DNA of 64,000 nt from a bacterium (GTDB lineage Bacteria > Patescibacteriota > Minisyncoccia > Phycocordibacterales > UBA2100): assembly GCA_016789445.1 (NCBI GenBank), contig JAEUQT010000001.1, forward strand, positions 67,603 through 131,602. Direction: 5' to 3'. Shown piece after piece: positions 43,200 to 53,077 of this stretch. Each line of letters opens with the position of its first letter. The stretch's first letter is position 1. The translations under genes and the position numbers were made by a program. Under the pieces are notes generated by a model. It ran no database searches. It was not told the origin of the DNA and saw only the letters and a program-made list of their open reading frames with translations.

Positions 43200-44192
43200 A
43201 TGGCCTCTATCCTTGTCACCGGCGGTGCCGGATTCATCGGTTCCAATCTCTGCCGCACCCTTCTTGCAGAAGGACATACAGTGCACGCGGTTGATAACTG
43301 CATCACCGGATCGCGAACCAATGTCGTACCGCTTGAGAGCGATACGAATTTCTTTTTTTATCTTCAGGATATTTCCGATCCTCAGTTCCTGGAAACATTT
43401 TTGCGTACAAAGATCGATCTTATCTACAGCCTCGCCTGCCCTACCGGTGTTCCCAACCTCATCACGCTCGCGGAAGAGATGCTCCGCACCTGTTCGTACG
43501 GCACGTTCAATGTGCTGGAAATCGCGAAACACCATCGTGCGAAACTCCTCCTTTCCTCGACGGCCGAAGTGTACGGCCAGCCGCTTACCAGCCCGCAGGA
43601 CGAGACCTATAACGGCAACGTAAACCCCCTTGGTATGCGCAGTGCCTACGAGGAAGGCAAACGCTTTGCTGAATCAACGCTCGCGATGTACGTCCGTAAA
43701 TACGACGTCGACGCACGCGTCGTGCGCATCTTCAATACGTTCGGCCCGGGCATGTCGCTCAACGATTTCCGCGTTATCCCGCATTTCATCCAGTGCGTAC
43801 TCAATGAACAGCCGCTACGTCTCTACGGCGACGGTCTTCAGACCCGCACGCATCTCTATGTCGATGATCTCGTACGCGGGCTCACCACGGTCATGGAACA
43901 CGGCATTCCTGGCGAGGCATACAACGTCGGCGGCGAGCATCAGATGACGATCCGTGAACTCGCTGAGCTCGTAATCACCCTCACTGACCACACAGCCGGC
44001 ATCGTCTACGAACCGCATTTTATCGAGGATCATACGCATCGTCGTCCTGCCGTTGAGAAAGCAAAATCCCTTGGCTGGTCGCAGCAGGTCACCGTCGAAG
44101 AAGGTCTACGTCGCATGGTCGCGCACCACCTGCCGCTGCGTGTCGTCACAGAATCCGAAATCCAACCATCCGCTGACCAGGTCATCACATAG
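43200..44192 (+). CDS. NAD-dependent epimerase/dehydratase, UDP-glucuronate decarboxylase (UDP-xylose synthase)-like
   Basis: ILVTGGAGFIGSNL Rossmann. YEEGKRFAESTLAMY catalytic YxxxK. High similarity pattern to UXS/ArnA C-terminal domain. Confidence 0.88.
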   Translation: MASILVTGGAGFIGSNLCRTLLAEGHTVHAVDNCITGSRTNVVPLESDTNFFFYLQDISDPQFLETFLRTKIDLIYSLACPTGVPNLITLAEEMLRTCSYGTFNVLEIAKHHRAKLLLSSTAEVYGQPLTSPQDETYNGNVNPLGMRSAYEEGKRFAESTLAMYVRKYDVDARVVRIFNTFGPGMSLNDFRVIPHFIQCVLNEQPLRLYGDGLQTRTHLYVDDLVRGLTTVMEHGIPGEAYNVGGEHQMTIRELAELVITLTDHTAGIVYEPHFIEDHTHRRPAVEKAKSLGWSQQVTVEEGLRRMVAHHLPLRVVTESEIQPSADQVIT

Positions 44193-44194
44193 CC

Positions 44195-45868
44195 ATGGTC
44201 GGGTTCTTCCAGTTTTTCGGCATCAGTTTCCTCTTCTGGATCATTGTAGGGTGCCTCAGATTCATTTTTGAGACACTGCGTAAGCTGCGCGATATGCCCC
44301 AGAAGTCTTCGCGCATCAATCTGGTCGCAGCATCCATAGCAGGAGTCGGCCTCAGCGCCTCACTGTTCTTCCTCGTCTTCTTCAGTTTCGGCTTTGAAGA
44401 AAGCTTACTCCTCACCGCGAACGTGTCCGCCTTGCATGTCTCCAGCTTCATCCTCTGGCTCGCCTGTATCGGCGTCGGCTCATATATCGCAGCACGAATC
44501 TACGTGCACGAACCGTACATTCTCTCGTTCGCGGTCTCCATGGGAACCCTTGCGGCAGTCACGACCTCCCTTCTCTACTCACCTTCTCTTTCCGCGAATC
44601 TTATCCCGCAGAATGCCGGTTTCGCCTTCCTCATATTCGCTTCAACGATGGGCATCGGTTTTCTCGGCGGACATATTGCGCGCAGTATGAATGCGCTTGA
44701 ACGCGAACGCGATGCCATTCGCCGCGAAGCAACTAAGCACGCACGCATCGCACCAGAAGACGTTGCCATCCTCATCGCAGCGCACAACGAAGAACTCACC
44801 ATCGGCACCACGGTGGCATCAGTGCTTGCGTTTACGGATGCCAAAAACGTCTTCGTGGCGAGCGACGGCTCATCCGACAAAACCATTGACGTCGTGCGCT
44901 CACTGGGCGCGCATGCGGACGATATTCGGCCGAATCGGGGAAAAGCAGGCGCGATCGTCGAAGCGCTTAAGAGAAATGACCTGCTTGATCGCTACAAGGC
45001 CGTGTTTCTCATGGATGCGGACCTGAAAGTCGATCCAAATTTTTTCACTCATGCCCTCCCCTTTTTCGACAATCCGAACGTCGCAGCGGTCGCAGGTCAT
45101 CTCGATTCGCTGTGGATCCCACACCTCATGCCGCGATGGAATATGTTTTTCACCGCGTACCGAATCCGACTGTGGCGGATCCTACAATTCTGCGTACGCT
45201 ACGGACAGACATGGCAATATACCAACGTCTCCCCGATTATCCCTGGCGGAGGAAGCGTATATCGTAGCGAGGCTCTTAAAAAGATAACCATCGAAGTACC
45301 TGGCCTCATCATTGAGGACTTCAACATGACGTTTGAGGTCCATCACAAGAACCTCGGCCTCATCGCCTTTGATCCGAAAGCCTTTGCTACGACTCAAGAA
45401 CCATTTTCGCTGCGAGACTATACCAAACAGATCAATCGCTGGTATTTGGGATACTTCCAGACAATCCGGCACCATGGCATCTGGCCGAGCTGGTTCATAT
45501 TCTCAACGCTTTTTTTCACGGTCGAGCTTGCTCTCTCTTCTCTACTGTTTGCGTTGCTTCCTTTTTTCGTACTAGAACTTCTCCTCAGCTCACGGGATTC
45601 CCTATTCATCAACATCCCTGTTTTCGGCTTTGAGATAAGCCTTGCGGGCATCGCCATGGTCGTGTTTGCACTGGATTACATCGTTACGATTCTGGTCGCG
45701 TTCATTGAGCGCAAACCCGTGCTCATGTTCTACGGGCCCGCTTTCTTCTTCTTGCGATACATCGAGACATGGATATTCCTCTATGCGCTCGGTGTTGGCC
45801 TTTTCACCACCCCACAGACCGAAGGAAAGTGGAAAAGCCCGAAACGAGTGGCGTACTCGAAAAACTAA
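44195..45868 (+). CDS. membrane glycosyltransferase family 2 (processive synthase-like, N- and C-terminal TM bundles)
   Basis: 4 N-terminal TM, GT2 core (ILIAAHNEELTIG, FVASDGSSDKT, FLMDADLKVDP), QINRWYLGY (QxxRW-like) motif, C-terminal TMs. Confidence 0.85.
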   Translation: MVGFFQFFGISFLFWIIVGCLRFIFETLRKLRDMPQKSSRINLVAASIAGVGLSASLFFLVFFSFGFEESLLLTANVSALHVSSFILWLACIGVGSYIAARIYVHEPYILSFAVSMGTLAAVTTSLLYSPSLSANLIPQNAGFAFLIFASTMGIGFLGGHIARSMNALERERDAIRREATKHARIAPEDVAILIAAHNEELTIGTTVASVLAFTDAKNVFVASDGSSDKTIDVVRSLGAHADDIRPNRGKAGAIVEALKRNDLLDRYKAVFLMDADLKVDPNFFTHALPFFDNPNVAAVAGHLDSLWIPHLMPRWNMFFTAYRIRLWRILQFCVRYGQTWQYTNVSPIIPGGGSVYRSEALKKITIEVPGLIIEDFNMTFEVHHKNLGLIAFDPKAFATTQEPFSLRDYTKQINRWYLGYFQTIRHHGIWPSWFIFSTLFFTVELALSSLLFALLPFFVLELLLSSRDSLFINIPVFGFEISLAGIAMVVFALDYIVTILVAFIERKPVLMFYGPAFFFLRYIETWIFLYALGVGLFTTPQTEGKWKSPKRVAYSKN

Positions 45869-45873
45869 TTAAA

Positions 45874-45899
45874 AAACCGCGGCAGATGCCGCGGTTTTT
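45874..45899. terminator. bidirectional intrinsic terminator
   Basis: AAAAAACCGCGGCA-GA-TGCCGCGGTTTTT between convergent GT2 and deacetylase genes. Confidence 0.6.
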
Positions 45900-45916
45900 A
45901 ATACCTATGATCAGGA

Positions 45917-46912
45917 TTATTCGATCGAGCCGAGCCTTTCGAGACCTTCGCTCGCGGTGACCACCTCGATGTTCGACTGCTTTACATAGTCGACAATCTG
46001 CGTGAGCAGCTCGCTGGAAATATTCACGGCGGTATCACCCGAACCTTCGTCTACCGGTTCGTCTACCTTATGGATAAGGAAGATGACCCATTTCTTCTGC
46101 GCAATTGCCTGATCGATCACCTCCTTGGCCTTCTCGAACGTCATATTGCTCGCATTCCAGCTGTAGAGAACGTAGCGATCGGTGTTTTTATCGTTGAATC
46201 CCTCCTCGACGCCGCGGGCACCGCTGAAGGACCCTGCTACCACAGTGCGGACATCATTGTTCACTGCACCGTAGGGATACGCGAAAACCTTAGTCTCATG
46301 CCCGAGATTCGCGAGGTCTTGCTTACCACCGATCACTTCATCCTGGACCCGTTGACTGTCTAAGGTTGTCAAATCCGGATGCGATCTGGTATGTGCCCCA
46401 ATCTCATGCCCACGTGCCGCTATATCGGCCAGATTGTTCGGTTTTATGAATGCCTCATAGCCTCCGTCTCCGAGATACTCCGTCGTGACGTAATAGGTCG
46501 TCTTGATGCCTGCAGCATCGAAGATGGGAAGCCCTTTCTCATAGCCTGATATCCATCCGTCATCAAAATCGAATGAAATAAGCGCACCACTTGCCGGCTG
46601 CGGCGCAGGTTGCGGTTCTGGAGTCGGAGTCGGGTCTGGTTCCGGCTGCGGCGCAGGTTCTGGAGTCGGCGTTGGCGTCGGTTCAGGTTGCGGCTGCGGT
46701 TCCGGCGTCGGCGTCGGCGTCGGCGTCGGCTCAGGAGTTGGCGTTGGAGCCGGACCACGAAGCGAATTGCGCAATTCGACACGCATCTGCACTGCAGCTT
46801 CTCGAGCCGCACGAGCGGCTTCGCGATCGGCGTGCGCCGTCTGATAAGGGAGACCAGTACTCACCAAAACAAGTGACGCGAGTACAATCAAAGCATTGAA
46901 TCGCTTCATCAT
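45917..46912 (-). CDS. secreted polysaccharide deacetylase (CE4/NodB domain) with Pro-rich linker
   Basis: Signal peptide, PTPEPTPTPTPEPQPQPEPTP linker, NodB motifs FDFDDGW and HTRSHPDL. Confidence 0.85.
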   Translation of the reverse strand: MMKRFNALIVLASLVLVSTGLPYQTAHADREAARAAREAAVQMRVELRNSLRGPAPTPTPEPTPTPTPTPEPQPQPEPTPTPTPEPAPQPEPDPTPTPEPQPAPQPASGALISFDFDDGWISGYEKGLPIFDAAGIKTTYYVTTEYLGDGGYEAFIKPNNLADIAARGHEIGAHTRSHPDLTTLDSQRVQDEVIGGKQDLANLGHETKVFAYPYGAVNNDVRTVVAGSFSGARGVEEGFNDKNTDRYVLYSWNASNMTFEKAKEVIDQAIAQKKWVIFLIHKVDEPVDEGSGDTAVNISSELLTQIVDYVKQSNIEVVTASEGLERLGSIE

Positions 46913-47064
46913 ATTTAATTTGTAGAAACGTTAACAGCAAATAACCCCCCGAGACGTTCCCTCCTTACAAAGCTAAGGGTACGCTAAGGGTACGCTTTTT
47001 TTATGAGGAATGTGTGACGAAGAATGTGGATAAAAATGTATGACAGGGGTCGGGGCTACCGTCG

Positions 47065-47901
47065 GTGGTTGATGGAGAAGTAAATTGCTATCATCCCCCC
47101 ATGCTTCTTTTGATACTATCAGTCGTACTATCAGACTGGTTTCGTGGCATAATCCTCTCATTCGTGACACTTGTCTCCATGTTTGCACATAATCCGCAGA
47201 CAACGACTCAGCCTATCACCGACCTTCGCGACGCCGTGATCGAGTTGTCGGCCATTCATCAAGAACAAGAATCGGAAGCGCCATCGATTTCAAGCGCCTA
47301 TCCGCTTCATCGCGGCATCGTGGCGACCGTCTTTTGGGTAGGCGAACCTGAAGGCGGAGGATCTTCAGAAGATAATGCGCTGTCCGCATGGGATGACGAC
47401 TGGCAAAGAAACTATGGCGGCTTCGACGACCCTCAGAAGCGCAATGGCTATCATCCGATCGGATTCACCCCGAAAGAAAATCCTTTCTATCTTGATCTGC
47501 CGTACAACGACTTCGACGATGAAGGCAGACGGAAGACGAATGCCTATCGCGTGATACCGTGGGCGAACGAAAAACAGTGGGGACCACGAGAGTCAATGAT
47601 GAAGAATCGCTGGGTCAAGCTGATCCGTAATGGCATCACCTGCTATGGCCAGATCCAAGATGCCGGGCCGTATGAATACGACGATCATGCCTATGTGTTC
47701 GGCGATGGAAGCACTAAACCCAAATCGACCCTTGCTAACAATGCCGGACTAGACGTCTCACCGGCCCTCCGCGACTGCCTCAAATTCAATCATTGGAATA
47801 ACGCAGACAACAAGGTTGACTGGCAATTTGTGGACGCTGCCGATGTGCCGGCAGGACCCTGGAACGAGATCGTAACAACATCACAGATACACTGGCGCTA
47901 A
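47065..47901 (+). CDS. hypothetical membrane-anchored protein, possibly RlpA/expansin-like DPBB fold
   Basis: N-terminal TM. ATVFWVGEP ... CYGQIQDAGPYEYDD ... GLDVSPALRDCL loosely matches the DPBB pattern (ASWYG ... INDRGP ... IDLS.AA). Fold assignment tentative. Confidence 0.65.
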   Translation: MVDGEVNCYHPPMLLLILSVVLSDWFRGIILSFVTLVSMFAHNPQTTTQPITDLRDAVIELSAIHQEQESEAPSISSAYPLHRGIVATVFWVGEPEGGGSSEDNALSAWDDDWQRNYGGFDDPQKRNGYHPIGFTPKENPFYLDLPYNDFDDEGRRKTNAYRVIPWANEKQWGPRESMMKNRWVKLIRNGITCYGQIQDAGPYEYDDHAYVFGDGSTKPKSTLANNAGLDVSPALRDCLKFNHWNNADNKVDWQFVDAADVPAGPWNEIVTTSQIHWR

Positions 47902-48082
47902 GCACGACAGTTGCACAGGCAACCTTGCATTTGTCGTGAAAATGATGCCTTCTCTCATGCTTCGTAATAAGAAACTGGCCCATCCGGCACAAGATATGAT
48001 ACGCTTGTATCGTATCGCGGTTATAAGTTCTTGACAGGGGAACAAGAACGCACGAAGTCGTCTGTCATTAATAACTTATTCC

Positions 48083-50098
48083 TTGTTCCTCGCTATGATG
48101 TTTCTAAAAGGGCGCGTCTTCCCTTATCAGTCTCCTATTGCATCCGCACTGCTCTTCGCACTCATCGTTGCGGCCACGCCATTGCAAGCGGTCTTTGCAG
48201 CGCAAACAGGCCTTATCGCACCGAGCACCAACGTGAACAGCGGCTGGCAGAATCCGCAGAATGCATATGCCTCGGACAACAATCGCGCGATCGCGGATAA
48301 TAACGCTGATATCGTCCAGTACGGTGGTTTTTCGTTTCCGACGACTACCGGTGTCATAAACGGCATCGAGCTGGTCGTTGAAGGCTATACCACCGGTCGG
48401 ACATCACTCTCCTCCGTAGGGCGTCCTCAAGAGCAAATTTCCCTCTCCTGGAACGGTGGTACCAACTACACTTCCGGAACCGCTGGCGTGAAGACGACGA
48501 GTCTACCGCTCAATCGTGAGACGACGCAGACATTCGGCGGATCCAGGGATGCATGGGGCCGCACGTGGACCCCTGAAGAGCTTGCGAACCTACGAGTGAA
48601 GCTCGCGACCAGAGGAGCAACTGGCGGGAAACTATATGTGGATCAAATTCGAGTACGTATTCATTACACCCCCCGCATCACTACGCAAACGGTTATAACA
48701 TCTCACACTCCAGACCCTTCGACGACCAATCAAGCCTATACCGTAAACGTAACAGTCACTCCTGCCTCGGGTTCCACACGCCCATCCGGAAGCGTAACGG
48801 TCACTGACGGAACGAGCTCGTGCACCGACACGACTGCAAGCAACGGAGCAAGCAGCACCTCAGCCTTCTCATGCGCACTTACCTCCACGACCGCGGGCAC
48901 CAAGACCCTCACCGCAACCTTTACCAGCACCAATGCCTTTACGGGCAGTTCGGGAACAGCGTCGCACACCGTCACCGCAGCACCCCCACCCCCACCTTCG
49001 TCGGAGACCTTCAGCAAAGGCATGGTTTCCATCACCTTCGATGACGGCACGAAATCCGTGTACAACGCAATCGCCGCTCGCAACCTGCTTCAAGGTTTGC
49101 CGAGCACGCAGTACGTGTATTCAATCCCGATGTACGGTGCTGCGCTATGCAATGGCGCCTGCTACACCGAATACATGTCAACCGCAGACGTGCAGAACCT
49201 TGCTGCAGCGGGACATGAAATCGCTTCGCATACGCGCGGACACCGTAATCTATCGACGCTCTCAGGAACCGATTCGCTCTTTGAGACGAACGGTTCGCGA
49301 CTTGATTTCATCGGTGAGTTCCCATCCCTGGCTGTTACAAGCCTTGCGTATCCGTACGGAGGATTCAACAGCGCGGTCAAACAACAACTTCAAGCGGCGG
49401 GCTACAGCGGCGGCCGCACCGTAGATATCATAGGCGCTGATGGACGACCCATACTTAACAAGCCGTCAACGGATCGATTCGCACTCTTTTCAGGCCAAGT
49501 AACCGGCACGTCACCCGTAACGCCGAACGACCCTTTACCGACCGGCTGGAATCCCGAATTCGGTACGATCCAATCCTGGATTGATGATGCGGTAAACAAC
49601 AAGCAATGGCTGATTCTGACCCTTCACGAAGTCAAAGACGACTGCGGCGCGGACGCGTATTGCGTCACCCCCGCGAAACTCACACAGATCGTGAATTATC
49701 TCAAGTCAAAAGGATCATCGATCGATGTGGTTACGGTTGGACAGGGATTGAGTCGCATGAATAGTGCCCCCACTTCAGACGGTGCGGCACCGGTAGTGAC
49801 CGTACCTCAAACGGTCAACAATACGATCACCACCAAGGCAACATCGTCGTCCGGAGCGGCAGTCACCTTCACCCCGGTCGTAACCGACTCGAACTCCGGC
49901 TTGAACGCACTCTGCGTTCTCCCCGCCATCCAAGAGGAGTTCGTGTTCCCTTCCGGTGAAGCCTCGGGAATACAGCTCCCGAAAGTCGTCACCTCCGGAT
50001 ACACGTTCCCGACAGGCTCGACAAGCGTGCGATGTTCCGCGAGCGACGTCGGCGGTAAAGTCGGTACCTACACCTTTACGGTTACCGTAACCCCGTAG
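48083..50098 (+). CDS. secreted multidomain polysaccharide deacetylase (N-terminal domain of unknown function, Ig-like Thr/Ser-rich domain, CE4 NodB domain, C-terminal HYR-like domain)
   Basis: Signal peptide. NodB motifs ITFDDGTKS and HTRGHRNL. C-terminal CVLPA...TFTVTVTP beta-sandwich. Confidence 0.85.
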   Translation: MFLAMMFLKGRVFPYQSPIASALLFALIVAATPLQAVFAAQTGLIAPSTNVNSGWQNPQNAYASDNNRAIADNNADIVQYGGFSFPTTTGVINGIELVVEGYTTGRTSLSSVGRPQEQISLSWNGGTNYTSGTAGVKTTSLPLNRETTQTFGGSRDAWGRTWTPEELANLRVKLATRGATGGKLYVDQIRVRIHYTPRITTQTVITSHTPDPSTTNQAYTVNVTVTPASGSTRPSGSVTVTDGTSSCTDTTASNGASSTSAFSCALTSTTAGTKTLTATFTSTNAFTGSSGTASHTVTAAPPPPPSSETFSKGMVSITFDDGTKSVYNAIAARNLLQGLPSTQYVYSIPMYGAALCNGACYTEYMSTADVQNLAAAGHEIASHTRGHRNLSTLSGTDSLFETNGSRLDFIGEFPSLAVTSLAYPYGGFNSAVKQQLQAAGYSGGRTVDIIGADGRPILNKPSTDRFALFSGQVTGTSPVTPNDPLPTGWNPEFGTIQSWIDDAVNNKQWLILTLHEVKDDCGADAYCVTPAKLTQIVNYLKSKGSSIDVVTVGQGLSRMNSAPTSDGAAPVVTVPQTVNNTITTKATSSSGAAVTFTPVVTDSNSGLNALCVLPAIQEEFVFPSGEASGIQLPKVVTSGYTFPTGSTSVRCSASDVGGKVGTYTFTVTVTP

Positions 50099-50116
50099 CC
50101 GGCACCCGACCAGCGC

Positions 50117-50150
50117 GAAAACCCCGGCGAATAGCCGGGGTTTTCAAATG
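50117..50150. terminator. bidirectional intrinsic terminator
   Basis: AAAACCCCGGC-GAATA-GCCGGGGTTTTC. Confidence 0.6.
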
Positions 50151-50211
50151 ATCAAGGATCAAGAATGTATCCGCAGCGTACGATACGACACTACTACAAC
50201 AAACATTTTGC

Positions 50212-51606
50212 TTGCGTGCGAGAGGATATTTCATGCTATACTCCTCGACAAGGAAACTGGCGTACGCCGAGATGGAAACGCAGCAACGGGAAACCCTTGA
50301 ACCAATCGCAACGGAACTCACGTCCGCTGCGCTTTCCTATTCAGTGGCCGTTGTCGGCCTCGGCTACGTCGGATTGCCACTCGCCCTCCTCGCCGCCCGC
50401 AAGGGTCATCGCGTGGTGGGTATCGATGTAAGCGAAAAGAAGGTCGCCTCTATTCGTGGCGGGACTTCGCCGTTTTATGACGAAGCGATCACCCGCCACC
50501 TTGCCGAAACCAAGCTCGAAGCCGACACCGATTTCGTGCGCATTCGCGATGCCGAAATCGTCATTGTCTGCGTTCCGACGCCGGTGCGTGACGATCATTC
50601 GCCCGATCTCGATCCCCTCATCAAGGCGTGCGAATCGATCGCGCCGCACCTCTCACAAGGTTCGCTTATCGTCATTGAATCTACGGTGAACCCCGGCATC
50701 TGCGACACGATCGTTATCCCGACTCTCGAGCAGCATTCCAATCTCGTTGCAGGACGTGATTTCATGGTCTCCCACTGTCCTGAGCGCGTAAACCCGGGCG
50801 ATGATCGCTGGGGCGTCGACAACATCAACCGCGTCGCCGGCTCTCTCACGCCACAGGGTCTTGAGAAAACGCTCCTCTTTTATCGCTCGATCGTGGACGG
50901 CGAGGTGCGGCCGATGGGCTCCCTCAAGGAGGCCGAAGCAGTAAAAATCGTCGAAAACACGTTCCGTGATATCAACATCGCATTTGTGAACGAACTCGCA
51001 ATGTCGTTCGACCGAATGGGCATCGACATCGTCAATGTCATCGACGCGGCATCGACCAAGCCATTTGCTTTCATGCCGCACTACCCCGGCTGTGGCGTCG
51101 GCGGCCACTGCATTCCGGTTGATCCGTACTACCTCATCGAAGAAGGACGCCGTCATGGATTCGATCACGAATTCCTCGCCCTCGCTCGCCGTATCAACAA
51201 CCGCATGCCGATCCATACCGTCGACATACTCGAGAAAATGCTCTCTGAAGCTGGTATCGCGCTCTCCGATGCCCGCATCGCGGTCCTCGGTCTCGCCTAC
51301 AAGGCTGACATCGACGACATGCGCGAGAGCCCAGCACACGACATCCTGAATGAGCTCACCGCGCGCGGCGCTACGCCGGTCGCCTTTGATCCGTACGTGC
51401 AGGACGACCGCTACGCATCTTCGCTTGATGAGGCGCTTCTGGGCGCTCAGGCAGCCATCATCGCGACACCGCACAAAGCATTCCGCAATATGCACCCGCG
51501 CGACTTCCTCGACCGCGGCGTAGAAATCGTCCTCGACGGCAAGAACTGCCTGCCGAAGAAACTGTTCCTCGATTCAGGAATTACGTTCAAGGGAATCGGT
51601 CGCTAG
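50212..51606 (+). CDS. nucleotide-sugar (UDP-glucose/UDP-ManNAc) 6-dehydrogenase family
   Basis: VAVVGLGYVGLPLA Rossmann. Catalytic GGHCIPVDPYY. Start may be at METQQR (50272). Confidence 0.9.
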   Translation: MRARGYFMLYSSTRKLAYAEMETQQRETLEPIATELTSAALSYSVAVVGLGYVGLPLALLAARKGHRVVGIDVSEKKVASIRGGTSPFYDEAITRHLAETKLEADTDFVRIRDAEIVIVCVPTPVRDDHSPDLDPLIKACESIAPHLSQGSLIVIESTVNPGICDTIVIPTLEQHSNLVAGRDFMVSHCPERVNPGDDRWGVDNINRVAGSLTPQGLEKTLLFYRSIVDGEVRPMGSLKEAEAVKIVENTFRDINIAFVNELAMSFDRMGIDIVNVIDAASTKPFAFMPHYPGCGVGGHCIPVDPYYLIEEGRRHGFDHEFLALARRINNRMPIHTVDILEKMLSEAGIALSDARIAVLGLAYKADIDDMRESPAHDILNELTARGATPVAFDPYVQDDRYASSLDEALLGAQAAIIATPHKAFRNMHPRDFLDRGVEIVLDGKNCLPKKLFLDSGITFKGIGR

Positions 51607-52028
51607 CTGCGCGCCTTCTTCTTTGCAGCTTTCTTTTTAGCTGTCGGTCGCTTCTTTGCAGCAGTCTTCTTCGGTGCGATGCGGACGCCGAGGCGGCTCT
51701 TTACGACCTTCCCTGCATCCTGCCAGCTTTTCTGGACCGCGCTCACGAATTCCCGCACATCCTTCGGATCGAGTTCGCGCGCGGTCTCATAGCGCTTCGC
51801 TACCTCGTCGATGACGCGGCGGATATTCTGATCGGTATACGCCGCGCTCTTCAGACGTTTCGCCTCGTGGACGATCTCGCGCTCCGCACGACGCATCCAT
51901 GCGCCGACCTTACGGCGATGCGCGGATGCCTTCTCACTGCCGTAGAGATAATACGCTCCAGCCGCCGCCGCCATAGTCGCTCCCGCGGCTCCGAGAGCAG
52001 CTGCGGTCTTCTTTGTGGTTTGCTTCAT
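51603..52028 (-). CDS. hypothetical protein with histone H1-like Lys/Ala-rich C-terminal tail
   Basis: 141 aa. N-terminal Ala-rich hydrophobic segment, helical middle, KKTAAKKRPTAKKKAAKKKARS tail. Confidence 0.6.
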   Translation of the reverse strand: MKQTTKKTAAALGAAGATMAAAAGAYYLYGSEKASAHRRKVGAWMRRAEREIVHEAKRLKSAAYTDQNIRRVIDEVAKRYETARELDPKDVREFVSAVQKSWQDAGKVVKSRLGVRIAPKKTAAKKRPTAKKKAAKKKARS

Positions 52029-52068
52029 AGTGAAAAGATTAGATGTATTAATTGTTTAATAAGCATGA

Positions 52069-52347
52069 TTATCGGCGCCGGCGTTTCTTCTTCGGCTGCG
52101 TGATGAGATCAGCGACCACCTCGGCCGCGAGTCCGGCACCTTTGGCGAGCGCGCTCTCCCCGCTATCCTCACGTGCTTCTTCCAATTCCTCGATGATCTC
52201 CTCCCCTTCCTGCTGGACTTTCTGCGAAAGATCACGCACTCGTCGGAGGATGTCGAGAAGATAATAGGCGATGGCGATGAGGATGGCGGCGATCGCGAGA
52301 TCTGCGATTGCTTCCACGACCTGTGCGATGGAAACTAACGTGCTCAC
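52069..52347 (-). CDS. small membrane protein with acidic helix and KKKRRRR tail
   Basis: 92-aa ORF. One TM (IADLAIAAILIAIAYYLL). Confidence 0.5.
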   Translation of the reverse strand: MSTLVSIAQVVEAIADLAIAAILIAIAYYLLDILRRVRDLSQKVQQEGEEIIEELEEAREDSGESALAKGAGLAAEVVADLITQPKKKRRRR

Positions 52348-52462
52348 TCTTCAGAATGTAGCACTCTGATGATTGAGAAATCATGAAGATTGCGTGCTTC
52401 ACAAACACATGGTGATGATGTAATAATCCTGCCCAGCCAGATGTTCTTGAAAGGAGCACACG

Positions 52463-53020
52463 ATGAAAAGTCCACAGAAGGACGCGAATATCATCACGAC
52501 CGTCGCGCAAGCTATGCGGAGGCAGTTCACCATCAGAACCGTCCTGCGGGATATGTGGTGGGCGGAACAACTTGCGAGCGCACGGATTCAGCGGGCAAAT
52601 CAGCAGAAGGAGGATCGTCTCGGCTTCCTCAGGGAAAGACTCCGTGGACTTATCGATCCGCTGGTCGCCTTCGTACGGAAAGAACGTGATTCCCTAGCGG
52701 ATCCGAAGAATCCGAAGATGATCCGCCTGGCGGGCGGTACCATCGAACGGACGGCAGCGCACCGCATCACCGTCACCGACGAAGATGCCGCGCTCGCCGC
52801 GCTCAAGAGGATGAAAAAGAAGCATCCGGATGCAATCAGGACGAAACTCGAGATCAATAAACTGTACCTGCACGCGCATCCGGAGCTCGTGGATGCGATT
52901 CCGGGAATCGAGTGGGACGATACGCCCGCACTCACCTTCAGCTTCCTGGATAACGACGCCCGCATCGAATACACGGACGATGACGTGCTAACCATCACGC
53001 TTCCTCGTCGGCAGAAATGA
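52463..53020 (+). CDS. bacteriophage Mu Gam-like protein (DNA-end-binding, Ku-like host-nuclease inhibitor family)
   Basis: GAAAGGAG 6 nt upstream of the ATG. Coiled-coil N-terminus. KMIRLAGGTIERTAAHRITVTDEDAALAALKRM...IRTKLEINKLYLHAHPELVDAIPGIEWDD resembles Mu Gam (IRTKQEINKEAIL ... GIEDFSI). Confidence 0.65.
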   Translation: MKSPQKDANIITTVAQAMRRQFTIRTVLRDMWWAEQLASARIQRANQQKEDRLGFLRERLRGLIDPLVAFVRKERDSLADPKNPKMIRLAGGTIERTAAHRITVTDEDAALAALKRMKKKHPDAIRTKLEINKLYLHAHPELVDAIPGIEWDDTPALTFSFLDNDARIEYTDDDVLTITLPRRQK

Positions 53021-53023
53021 CTC

Positions 53024-53053
53024 AAAGCCCCGTCTTCCGCGGGGCTTTTCTTT
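53024..53053 (+). terminator. intrinsic terminator after Gam-like gene
   Basis: AAAGCCCCG-TCTTCCG-CGGGGCTTT followed by TCTTTC. Confidence 0.55.
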
Positions 53054-53077
53054 CAGTCATCCTGCTGATAGTCTGTC

